A stretch of 36,854 bases of DNA from Planctomycetota bacterium (GCA_030628375.1 DAOVRD010000002.1:1-36854), one strand, 5' to 3'; positions 7,501-15,357 are shown, numbered from the stretch's first letter. Program-made: numbers and translations. The notes: generated by a model from the sequence alone, not told the origin.

Positions 7501-9140
7501 ACATCCTTCTGTTCGTGGGATCGTTCCCAAACGGCCACTACTGGCGCCAATTCCACGCCGGCGCACTTGCCCACCGGCGTGCGGTGGCCCTGTCGGCCGA
7601 TGACGGGCTCGTGCTGTGGAATCGCGCGCTGGGGTATCGCACGCGTCCGATCGTCAACGGGAACACGATATACGCCGACCCGTGGGCCTTCGACCTGTGG
7701 ACGGGCGAGCAGGTAATGCGCACGCACCCCGTCACCGGCGAGAAGGGCCCGTGGGAGTTCGGCCGCGGTCACCACTGCGGCGCGGTCTCCGGCTCGCCCA
7801 ACTGCCTGTTCTTCCGGTCCCTGACCACCGCGTTCTACGACCTGATCAGGGATTCCGGCGTGCTCCACTTCGGCGGCCATCGCCCCGGCTGCTATATCAA
7901 CACGATAGCGGCGAACGGCCTGGTGCTGCAGCCGGAAGCCAGTTCGGGCTGCGTCTGCCCTTTCTCCATCCATGCCACCGTCGTCTTCAAGCCCAGGCGC
8001 ACGGACAGGGCGTGGGGCACGTTCTGCTCGTACACGTCTGACCACAAAGAGGCCGGCTTCATCCAAGACTGGCTCATCTGTGGCCCGTTCCCCAACTACC
8101 TGGAAGGCGACCAGACGGACTACGAAAACCACAGGAAGCTGTGCTGGGGGTACGCGCATGATTTCCTCGAGGAGCACGGCGGGGAGGCATTCGTGATCCC
8201 ACACGAAGGCATGGAGTGCAAGCACGCCGCCGCGCTGAAGTGGCGAAACAAACAGATGGAGGCCGTATACGGCGGGAAGACACCCGTATGGCAGAAATAC
8301 GAATCTCCGGAGTACTTAGTAGACTTCGAGAGCCTGTTCCCGGGTGCCGATGACAGCGTGGCCTACGCCTACTGCGAGATAGATTCCGCGCAGGACAGGG
8401 AAACGGTCCTGGGCGTGGGCAGCGACGACGGGATCAAGATATGGCTCAATCACGAAGTGGTTCACGACCACCATATCGGCAGAGGGGCGAGAGTGGACGA
8501 GGACCAGGTGCCCGTCCGCCTCAAGAAAGGCAAGAACAAGCTGCTGGTCAAGGTGGACGAGAGTGCCGGAGCGTGGGGCTTCTACCTGCGGGAACTCCCC
8601 CTGATGCGCGTCAGGCATCTGGCCCTCAACTTCGGCGCGCCGGGGGACAGGAGAGACAGAAGCGGCACTCTGTGGCTCGGGTATCCTCGCCCCAGCCTGC
8701 CCCTCGCCCTCGAATTCAACATGAGGACCTCAATCCTGCCCGGACTCGGCTACTACCAACTCAACCCCGAAGGCGTGCGTATCGAGGGGACGGACAAGCC
8801 CTGGCTCTTCTCCTTCGGCTGCTGCGGACTCACCAGGTGCGTCGTTCCCGTCATCGGACAGGGCCAGGAGCCGGGCCTCTACACCGTGCGGCTGGGGTTC
8901 GCCGAACTGGGCGACGCAGGCAAAGGCCAGCGTGTCTTCGACATCAAGCTCCAGGGGCGACAGCTCGCAATGGCCGTGGACATCCGCAAGGAAGCCGGCG
9001 GTCCGAACAGGGCGATGGTCAGGGAGTTCAAGGGCATAAGGGTCAGGCGAGACCTGACGATCGAGCTTGTTCCGAAAGTCCAGAACCCCACGCAAGGCCA
9101 GGCCCCCCTCATAAGCACCCTGGAACTGATCCGCGAGTGA
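4503..9140 (+). CDS. Giant exported multidomain protein: PQQ-like beta-propeller, coiled coil, class I SAM methyltransferase-like domain, second propeller, beta-sandwich, malectin-like domain
   Basis: 1545 aa. AAGGAGG lies 8 nt upstream. Signal peptide ..LVVAIALSCVGAARA/EDW. PQQ/BamB-like repeats (KVYCLDASTGEVRWSF, FAYCLSADTGKLLWKF). Heptad-rich segment at about nt 5600-5885. GxGxG motif CLVLGSGQGRLAFEIA..VIYGIDED..FRVLKPCGG (about nt 6170-6560). WLICGPFPN..GIKIWLNHEVV..FYLRE (about 8060-8595). C-terminal GQRVFDIKLQG..VDIRKEAGGPNRAMVREF is malectin-like (about 8610-9137). Confidence 0.9.
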   Translation: MFNPRPTTCGQQRWRLGAAAPWLVVAIALSCVGAARAEDWPTHMHDVARSGTTSERLALPLSPHWVFTSKHAPEPAWPPPKSVEIEYVREVHKVDFDEAYQAVVAGGALYFGSSADNKVYCLDASTGEVRWSFFTGAPVRLAPTVWNGKVLVGSDDGFAYCLSADTGKLLWKFRAAPHDDELLGNGKMMSLWPVRTGILVDKGIAYFAAGLFPGEDVYLYAVRAEDGELVWKNDASAQATSGWRSFSPQGYLLASATTLFVPCGKVLPAAFDRSNGRMLYQRESVLWWHSAEGGTYALLADDHLYGGGQEVVAYDQKTGGVGFAWFPGRRLITKGDFAYLLTDNALFALDRKTSAQASWKRGQFNAQMRSRLDYEKAELQRSLKSLNVQIDAARKELEELEKQSKELKSPQAAEAIELRRTRDAVSQKIESLSSQPDAVTQRLAEIEEQFNNHEKLEEAYRKTVIWQTPCERPESMILAGEVLFAGAQDEALAFDAATGKELWRGKVDGKAKGLAVSGGRLFVSTDKGAIHCFGDGKRAAPVLVADPLEPDPYPEDKLTPIYKAAVERIIKETGVTKGYCLVLGSGQGRLAFEIARATDLVIYGIDEDAKDVRKAREALDAAGLYGTRVTVQKGSLSDLPYADYFANLIVSDEMLISGRRPGSADEMFRVLKPCGGVAYIGQPKETMKLWRRLNAKKLRQWLKEAEVADAQLTEGDGVWAKIERGPLPGAGKWTHQYANPANTTCSDDELVRLPLGVLWFGRPGPAKMVQRHYAVAAPLSVNGRMFIQGENVVMAYDAYNGVQLWEREIEGAMRENMRGDCSNLAADEDSLFVAVADKCLRLDAATGETRQTYSLPPFPDAAPQSWGYVAVVGDVLFGSTTQEGSTCDLVFALDVDSGRLRWDHRGKTISHNTIAIGDGRVFLAESDVTAEQRQEALKQKLVRLPAPEEPEAAEAQEELDSADVRLVCALDADSGSVVWQTPVDLTDCGDWLLHAIYQNDILLFVGSFPNGHYWRQFHAGALAHRRAVALSADDGLVLWNRALGYRTRPIVNGNTIYADPWAFDLWTGEQVMRTHPVTGEKGPWEFGRGHHCGAVSGSPNCLFFRSLTTAFYDLIRDSGVLHFGGHRPGCYINTIAANGLVLQPEASSGCVCPFSIHATVVFKPRRTDRAWGTFCSYTSDHKEAGFIQDWLICGPFPNYLEGDQTDYENHRKLCWGYAHDFLEEHGGEAFVIPHEGMECKHAAALKWRNKQMEAVYGGKTPVWQKYESPEYLVDFESLFPGADDSVAYAYCEIDSAQDRETVLGVGSDDGIKIWLNHEVVHDHHIGRGARVDEDQVPVRLKKGKNKLLVKVDESAGAWGFYLRELPLMRVRHLALNFGAPGDRRDRSGTLWLGYPRPSLPLALEFNMRTSILPGLGYYQLNPEGVRIEGTDKPWLFSFGCCGLTRCVVPVIGQGQEPGLYTVRLGFAELGDAGKGQRVFDIKLQGRQLAMAVDIRKEAGGPNRAMVREFKGIRVRRDLTIELVPKVQNPTQGQAPLISTLELIRE

Positions 9141-9293
9141 AGCGGGCCCCGCCCCAGCCCGGCCGCTGGCAGCCGGTTCGCAAACGTTGGGGGGAATGTC
9201 AGTGCGTTTGAGGTCTGTCACAGGGATGCGGCTTCCGCAACTTCACAGTGATCGCACTGCGCTTCTGGGTAGACCACATCTGCCTCCAGATAC

Positions 9294-10376
9294 CTATTCC
9301 TCTGCGGGCTCCTCACGCTCCTTTTGGTCTTCCGATTCGCGCCACTTCTTCCAGCCGAAGTAGACAGCGGCGAAGACCGGTCGCGCATCCTCTCGGATTT
9401 GCTCCCAGTCCTGCTCCGATGACAACCAGAGGCGCGTCCAGTCACCCGCTCGCTCAGCACCGTGTTTCTCTGCGAACTCCGTGACGGCCTCATTTGCCAC
9501 CCGGTAGGCCCGTTCGCCGAACTCCAGTGCGACTCTGCGGCTGTTCTGGTCCAGCCAGGCGCCTGCATATATGCGATGGCTGAGATTACCTCGGTCTGTC
9601 AACTCCTGTAGATAGAAGCCATACTTGCTCTGCGTGGGATCGACGTACACGACTCGTTCCATGCTGTCCTCTGCTGTTTCCCGAACCTCTTCCATCAGAC
9701 CCCAGAGCCCCAGCGCCCGAGCGTTTTGCTTCAAAGCTTCCAACCTCTCTTTCTTCGTCGGCCATTTGTGCTGTGGGGCGGGACCGCCACTTTCGATTTC
9801 GACCTGGCGTGCCAGCAGGAACTCCTCTCCCCTCTGGAACCCGTAAAAGGTGATGAGTGTGATATCAACCCCTGAATCTGCCAGGAATGACACCATCGCG
9901 CGGGTTGCCTCATCCGCACCCAGGCCCAGCAGTGCGAGCCGTGGAGGACCGGCCAAGTCCGCTTCTTCGTTAGGAAAGTTCTCTTCGTACCATTCTCTGA
10001 AGTCCCCGACCGGTCGGATGCCGCCCTCGCCGGATCGCTCGGAGATGTGTTCGGCCAACTCGTCGGCGCCCATGTTGTTGAGCTGGGCGGCGTAATCTAT
10101 GACCTGGGCAACCGCCTCCCGGCGCAGAGTCCCTCGCTTCAGCTCAAACACCACCAAACGCCCCTCCTCGTCGACTCCCAGCAGGTCGAGAGGGCCGTCC
10201 TGAGTCGGCACCTGGCGACCGACGAGCTTCAGGTTAGGCATGAGCATGTCAGGTTCCTGAACGAGGAGGTCCTCAAGCAGATCCTCCGCTTCTGCGTCGC
10301 TGACTTCTTCCAGGGAAGTCACCTGTCGGTGAGTCTCGCCCGACCTGCTGACTTGCCAGATCCTGATCTTCTGCAT
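9294..10376 (-). CDS. PD-(D/E)XK nuclease superfamily protein, NucS/DUF91-like N-terminal core with uncharacterised C-terminal half
   Basis: The track ORF is 9294..10469. I prefer the internal ATG at 10376 (MQKIRIWQV...) because the first 31 residues look non-native. Motif PLDLLGVDEEGRLVVFELKRG..AVAQVIDYAAQL (nt about 10131-10190) is the D...ExK core seen in NucS/RecB-like nucleases. GC is visibly lower than in the neighbours. Confidence 0.7.
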   Translation of the reverse strand: MQKIRIWQVSRSGETHRQVTSLEEVSDAEAEDLLEDLLVQEPDMLMPNLKLVGRQVPTQDGPLDLLGVDEEGRLVVFELKRGTLRREAVAQVIDYAAQLNNMGADELAEHISERSGEGGIRPVGDFREWYEENFPNEEADLAGPPRLALLGLGADEATRAMVSFLADSGVDITLITFYGFQRGEEFLLARQVEIESGGPAPQHKWPTKKERLEALKQNARALGLWGLMEEVRETAEDSMERVVYVDPTQSKYGFYLQELTDRGNLSHRIYAGAWLDQNSRRVALEFGERAYRVANEAVTEFAEKHGAERAGDWTRLWLSSEQDWEQIREDARPVFAAVYFGWKKWRESEDQKEREEPAEE

Positions 10377-10714
10377 CGGTTGGCTCGTTCTATGCTGTGT
10401 GGCCGCGCCAACGATCCTCTTCAGGCAGCGCCAGAGGATCGCTAGTAGCACGAAGACATCGCGCGCCACTTCATGCCACCGTACGCCAGATCGCGCGCAG
10501 TCAGTGACGCTAGGACGTCACGGTCCGTAGGAACTATGAGTTAGTCCTTGCCCACTACTCGCCGGTAAGTGTTTACCGTCCAGCTTTGCTTAGAATGAGT
10601 GTAAGCCGCGACATGGGGCTTGTCAACCATTCTTTCCGCCGGGCGGATTTCAGTGTCGTCCACGCAGGCTCCGTCGCGTCAATTCTGCTCTGAGTTCCTT
10701 CTCGGCGGTTCCGT

Positions 10715-10776
10715 AGAATGGCATACAGGCGAAAAATAGGGACTGGCTCGTCGTCCTGTGCCTGTCCCGTTTTCGC
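10715..10776. repeat. Hairpin repeat family A, locus 2 (one full hairpin plus a half unit)
   Basis: GAATGGCATACAGGC then GAAAAATAGGGACTGGCTCGTCGTCCTGTGCCTGTCCCGTTTTCGCC; same unit as 1043-1175 and 15171-15286. Confidence 0.7.
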
Positions 10777-10819
10777 CATAGCGTGGACACTATGGCCTCA
10801 TGCGGCATCCACTTTAGTC

Positions 10820-10847
10820 GTAAGGGCACGGCGCGCCGTGCCCCTAC
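10820..10847. repeat. 28-bp near-perfect GC-rich palindrome (possible terminator/REP hairpin)
   Basis: GTAAGGGCACGGCG|CGCCGTGCCCCTAC with one mismatch, about 100 nt downstream of the stop of the minus-strand gene ending at 10947. No clear U-tract follows. Confidence 0.5.
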
Positions 10848-10946
10848 CCCACGAGGCCAGAACGTCCCTACCCGCAAGTTCGCTGTTCAAGCCCCAATAG
10901 TTCCCTCTGCGGCCTCCGCGTGCTCTGCGGTAATGCAAGATGGACA

Positions 10947-13900
10947 CTAACGGCCCGAGCGGCGGCTTCGGATTCCTTCGAGGGCGACTTCCAGGCTCCG
11001 GCGGGCTACATTGTCGCTCGGGTTTGTGGCAAGGACTTCGGATAAGTGCGCGGCGGCCGCTTCGAACTCGCCCCGGTCAATCAGAACAATGCCCATGCTC
11101 CTGCGGGCAGGCGTTAACCCGGGGTCGAGCCGAAGCGCCTCAGCCCATTCCGCCATCGCCTCGTCCGTTCGCCCCCGCGCGGCAAGGGCCATTCCGAGGT
11201 TGCTGTGGGTCTCGGCCGAGTCCGGGTCGAGCCGCAGCGCGCTCAAGTAGTGGGCGACCGCCTCGTCGAATCTGCCCTGTGAAGCCAATGCGAACCCAAG
11301 ATTATGATGCGCAACCGCATTGTCGGGCTCCAGGGCCAGCGCGTTACGGTAGAGGGTGACGGGCTGATCCCGGTTGCCCGGCACGGCCATGGCACGCCTG
11401 GCCAGCCACATCAGCCCGACGGCGCTGTCCGCGTAGTACGCGGCCACCCCCCGGACCCACTTCAGGCCCTGGGCCAGGTTCTCTCCGTACTTCCGGAACT
11501 TCGCATCTTCCGGCAGCAGCGCAACAGCCTGCGGGACCTGTGTTGCGAACATCAGCGCGTTGGCCGCCGCGCGCAGAGTCAACTCGCGCTCAAGCGTTTG
11601 GGCTTCAGTCTCGCTCCCGGTGTTGCGCACGTAGGGCCAGACGCTTTCCACCAGGAGCAGGAACGTAGTCCCTGTGCACTTGGGCCCGGCGGAGTATCTT
11701 GTCTTATACTGAACATAAGGCAGATCATCGGTGTTGATCGGGCCCTCGCCGGTCCATTCCCGCAGGCGTTCCTCACCGCAGACGAAAGTCTCAAGTATTC
11801 CCAGCGGGTTCTCCAGGCCCCAGGGGCGCAGATCCGCATTGACCTCCGCCGCCGAAAGCTTCTCCCTCATTGCCCCCACGTCTATCGTCAGCCTGTCCGC
11901 TGTCCCCACGAGGTGCGTGTGACCTCCGTACACACCGGTCTCCGCCACGCCGTGTGAATACCAGAGGCTTGCGTGGGGGAATACGCACTGAAACGTCCTG
12001 ACGATACTCTGGTACTCCGCAACGCTCAGCTCCTGAAACGGCACCCACTGCACGTAGATGCCGTCGTCAGTCAGATGCTCCTTGATCGTCTGGTAGAACT
12101 CGCGGGTGTAGAGGACCCACGCATCGCTGGACTTGGGGTGCAGGGAGTCCGAAACGATCACGGGCCACTTCTTGCGCGACATCAGGACGTAGTTCCGGCC
12201 GTCGTCAATTGCCACGCGCACCTTCGGATCATTCAGGACGGAGTTGTTCGCTTCCTCCAGGACCTTGGCGCCCTCCAGAACGCTGCTCTCAAGGTCCACC
12301 GCCAGCACTGACTTGACGTCGGGATAGCGCGCGGCAGCCCCGGAAGCGATGCCGCCGCCGAAACAGATCATCAACACTTCCTCAGGATTCGCGTGCAGCA
12401 GCGGACCAAGGGCTGCCATCAGCTTGAAGCACACCATCTCCGTATACGCAGTGGTCACCTCGACCGCGCCGTTCATGTAGAGATACTTCACTTTGCTGAC
12501 TTTGTCCTGAACGATTGTTTCCGTGCTCGTCCTTCCCTCCCGGTAGAAGACGATGTCCCTGTGTCTCCTCAGGTGCACACTGAAGGGGAGGCCGACCCTT
12601 TGACACAGGTCCGGCGGGATGACAAGGGTGAAGACCAGCACGACGACCAGCGCGGCCGCCCCGGCGCACGCCAGACCCAGCGATTTCCGCCGCGTCGCCG
12701 ATGCCAACAACAGCGTCGTGCCGACAATCCAGTACAGCAGGCTGATGAGAAGGATGCTCTTCTGGATGCCAATGACGGGGACCAGCACGAAAACCGGAAT
12801 GAGCGACCCGACGATTGTGCCGAGCGTGTTCAGGGCGTAGACGGTGCCGACGCTGCGACCAACGGTAGCCACGCTTCGAGCGTAAGCTGCGCAAATGAGG
12901 GGAAACACGACTCCCATGACCATCGTGGGCGCCAGCACGGTGATGATCGTCATGGGCCAGAGGGAGAGAGGGATGGTCGCGCGGGACGACGATATGAGCG
13001 CCCCCAGCGCGAAGCAGACGACGACCGTCAGGCCGAGGAGCAATTGCGCCCCCGCCAGAATCCGCAGCGATGCCCCGAATCTGGCCAGGAAGTACCGATA
13101 GATCAAGCTGCCCAGCCCGATGCCCAGCAGGTAGATGCCGAGGATCGTGGGGAATGTGTAAGCCATGTTGGCCAGCGGACCAAGATACCGCAGCCACAGC
13201 ATCTCGCAGGAAAGGGCCGCCAACCCGGAAACAAACGCTACCGGCAGCAGTAACCCTCTCGTCCCTGGCGGGAGTCCTCTTGCTTGTGCAGCGGCTGCGG
13301 GACTGCCAGCAGCGCCCCCGACCGGCGCCGCAGCCGGCCGGACAGGCAGCGGAACCTTGCCTCGCCGGTACTTGAAGCCGAGGGCAAGCGCGCCCGCGGC
13401 GATGAGCAGGTTGGTGCCAACGGCCGCCTGGTTGGTGACCGACACCCCGAGAGTATCAATCAGCCAGTAGCCTGCCGCAAAACATCCCAGTGTCGCCCCG
13501 AGGGTGTTCAACGCATACAGCAGGCTCACGCGCGCGCCGATCACTTCGCGTGATTCGGTGCAGAAGCGAGTCAGTAGAGGCAGCGTCGCGCCCATCAGTG
13601 CGCAGGGCACAAACAGGATGCCGAACGAGATCACAACGCGAGCACCCATGGACAACAGCACCGACTCGGGCGCAAGCAGGGCAACGCGCGGCAGCCACCA
13701 CCGAAGGGCTGCAAGCAACAGCGGCACGCCCATCGCCCACAGAGCAATGACGGCCTGGATAGTCCCATACATCAGCAGCCGGTGGGGGAAGCGGTCCGCA
13801 AGTCGGCCGCCCAACCAACTCCCGACCCCCAACCCGGCCATGAAAGCGCACAGCACGACACTGATGGAGTAAGTGCTTGCACCAAGGACCGTCACGAACT

Positions 13901-14069
13901 GACGGCTCCACAGTATTTCAAGAACCAGCGCGGTCGCACCGGACAGGAAGAACGCGCCATAGACGGCCAATCGAAACCCCACTGCGGGCCCCAGAGGCGG
14001 CGCCACCTCACTTCCTTGCGGAGCCTGAGTCTCTGCTGGTCGGTTGCCCATGGCCGGCCGCGTCCCCAA
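10947..14069 (-). CDS. Fused polytopic membrane (MFS-like) / spermidine synthase-like / TPR-repeat protein
   Basis: 1040 aa. The N-terminal half is multi-TM (FFLSGATALVLEILWSRQ.., many hydrophobic helices). Central SpeE-like Rossmann region (VLMICFGGGIASGAAARYPDVKSVLAVDLE). C-terminal TPRs (AVAHHNLGFALASQGRFDEAVAHYLSALRLDPDSAETHSNLGMAL..). Confidence 0.9.
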   Translation of the reverse strand: MGTRPAMGNRPAETQAPQGSEVAPPLGPAVGFRLAVYGAFFLSGATALVLEILWSRQFVTVLGASTYSISVVLCAFMAGLGVGSWLGGRLADRFPHRLLMYGTIQAVIALWAMGVPLLLAALRWWLPRVALLAPESVLLSMGARVVISFGILFVPCALMGATLPLLTRFCTESREVIGARVSLLYALNTLGATLGCFAAGYWLIDTLGVSVTNQAAVGTNLLIAAGALALGFKYRRGKVPLPVRPAAAPVGGAAGSPAAAAQARGLPPGTRGLLLPVAFVSGLAALSCEMLWLRYLGPLANMAYTFPTILGIYLLGIGLGSLIYRYFLARFGASLRILAGAQLLLGLTVVVCFALGALISSSRATIPLSLWPMTIITVLAPTMVMGVVFPLICAAYARSVATVGRSVGTVYALNTLGTIVGSLIPVFVLVPVIGIQKSILLISLLYWIVGTTLLLASATRRKSLGLACAGAAALVVVLVFTLVIPPDLCQRVGLPFSVHLRRHRDIVFYREGRTSTETIVQDKVSKVKYLYMNGAVEVTTAYTEMVCFKLMAALGPLLHANPEEVLMICFGGGIASGAAARYPDVKSVLAVDLESSVLEGAKVLEEANNSVLNDPKVRVAIDDGRNYVLMSRKKWPVIVSDSLHPKSSDAWVLYTREFYQTIKEHLTDDGIYVQWVPFQELSVAEYQSIVRTFQCVFPHASLWYSHGVAETGVYGGHTHLVGTADRLTIDVGAMREKLSAAEVNADLRPWGLENPLGILETFVCGEERLREWTGEGPINTDDLPYVQYKTRYSAGPKCTGTTFLLLVESVWPYVRNTGSETEAQTLERELTLRAAANALMFATQVPQAVALLPEDAKFRKYGENLAQGLKWVRGVAAYYADSAVGLMWLARRAMAVPGNRDQPVTLYRNALALEPDNAVAHHNLGFALASQGRFDEAVAHYLSALRLDPDSAETHSNLGMALAARGRTDEAMAEWAEALRLDPGLTPARRSMGIVLIDRGEFEAAAAHLSEVLATNPSDNVARRSLEVALEGIRSRRSGR

Positions 14070-14104
14070 TCTGCCTCGGCTGCCTTAGAACGCCCAACAG
14101 AACC

Positions 14105-14197
14105 CACCGCAGAGATCGCAGAGGGCGCGGAGAAGGCTAAGAAAGGAGCCCAGAACACCCTGTTTCCACTCTGCGTACTCTGCGTCCTCGGCGGTGA
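14105..14197. repeat. Inverted pair of tandem CTCTGCG heptads (9-bp phasing) in the 5' region of the 10947-14069 gene
   Basis: CGCAGAG at 14108 and 14117. CTCTGCG at 14169 and 14178. The arms CACCGCAGAGATCGCAGAGGGCGCGGAG and CTCTGCGTACTCTGCGTCCTCGGCGGTG are imperfect complements. The same heptad occurs twice at 10906 and 10924, just downstream of that gene's stop. Confidence 0.55.
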
Positions 14198-14353
14198 TGT
14201 CGCTTTGTTGGACGCTTTTACTCCGTCCGGCGGCAGAAACGCCGCACACTTGCAGCGTTTCCCCGCCCGAAAGGCTGACAGCATACACAATACGGTGCCC
14301 CTTGTCATGTGCCCTGCCTCTGGGGGCCTGCTGGCGGCGTATCGGGAGGGCAT

Positions 14354-14459
14354 GGCTCCGGTAGGAGCGACGGAGGCTCGGCTCGTAATGTAGCGCAGCC
14401 GCCCCCGGCTGCGGCGGATGGGAATGGCCGGAACTCAGGCGAGGGCGCCTGAGCTACAA
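14354..14459 (+). repeat. Repeat family B, copy 1 (about 105 bp, compound GC-rich hairpins)
   Basis: GGCTCCGGTAGGAGCGACGGAGGCTCGGCTCGTAATGTAGCGCAGCCGCCCCCGGCTGCGG..GGAACTCAGGCGAGGGCGCCTGAGCTACAA. Contains GCAGCCG-CCCC-CGGCTGC and CTCAGGCG-AGGG-CGCCTGAG hairpins. A near-identical inverted copy lies at 19987-20091. Confidence 0.85.
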
Positions 14460-14468
14460 GGTTCTGGC

Positions 14469-15080
14469 TCAGTCAAGGCGCGAAAGGGCCTCCCGTATCT
14501 GCGTCTCGGGGATGGCTCCCTCCCTGAGCACCTCGACCTCAGCCCCGAGCACGCGGACCACTGTGGAAGGCACGGTGAGCCTGGACGGCCCCCCATCCAG
14601 GACCGCCGCTATCCGGCCGTCGAAGACCTGCAGCACCTGCTCAGCGGTGGCAGCCGGCGGCTCGCCGCTCAGGTTGGCGCTGGGCGCAGCAAGGGGGGTC
14701 CCCACAAGCCGCAGCAGTTCCAGCGTCGGCTCGCAGTCCGGACATCTGAGCCCCACGTCGCCCCCCTTCCCATCGGGGATGACGAGCGTCAGCGGCCCCG
14801 GCCAGAGGACCCTCGCCAGTGCGAGCGCGGCCGGGCCCGGAGCCCCACAGCGCAACGCGTCCCCGGGCGAGGCGATCAACAGAGCGAACCTCTTCTCCTT
14901 CGGACGCCGCTTGAGGCGCTGAAGCTCGGCGACGGCTGCCGCATCGTCGGCACGGGCGCCCAGACCGTAGACCGTCTCGGTGGGGAAAGCCACGATCCGC
15001 CCCCCGCGCAGCAGGGCGGCCGCACGTTCCATGTCTTCCCGCCTGCCCGCTCGCAGGACTTCCGTGCGCATTGGCGACAT
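14469..15080 (-). CDS. tsaC: L-threonylcarbamoyladenylate synthase (YrdC/TsaC type, t6A biosynthesis)
   Basis: 203 aa. IVAFPTETVYGLGA, PLTLVIP and APSANLSGEPPA are hallmark YrdC/Sua5 motifs. The ATG at 15071 is an alternative start. Confidence 0.92.
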   Translation of the reverse strand: MSPMRTEVLRAGRREDMERAAALLRGGRIVAFPTETVYGLGARADDAAAVAELQRLKRRPKEKRFALLIASPGDALRCGAPGPAALALARVLWPGPLTLVIPDGKGGDVGLRCPDCEPTLELLRLVGTPLAAPSANLSGEPPAATAEQVLQVFDGRIAAVLDGGPSRLTVPSTVVRVLGAEVEVLREGAIPETQIREALSRLD

Positions 15081-15148
15081 CCCCCGTGCCGGTCGGACCC
15101 ATCTTATGCTACCGAGACAGGGCCGCGCAACGCGTAAGGACGCCTTTC

Positions 15149-15357
15149 CCGACTCTTTGCAGCCTTGCAGGGAAAACGGGGACTGCCAGTGCGTCTATGG
15201 CTGTCCCCGTTTCCCCGCTCCAATGGCGGGAAATGGGCTACAGGCACCTCTCGCTACGCTCGGGGATGTCAGTCCCCATTTTCCGCACTCCCCCCCAACG
15301 CCAAAGCACGCAGAGGGCAAATGCCTGCTTTCGACCGACTCTTTGCAGCCTTGCAGG
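15149..15357. repeat. Hairpin repeat family A, locus 3, bracketed by a perfect 23-bp direct repeat (MITE-like footprint)
   Basis: CCGACTCTTTGCAGCCTTGCAGG at 15149-15171 and again at 15335-15357. Between them are two family-A hairpins (15171-15286) plus about 48 bp. Confidence 0.8.

Noticed and set aside
1043-15286. Whether the family-A hairpins constitute a CRISPR array
   Set aside because: The copies are kilobases apart, palindromic units are adjacent without regular spacers, and no cas genes are present. They fit REP/MITE-like elements, not CRISPR.
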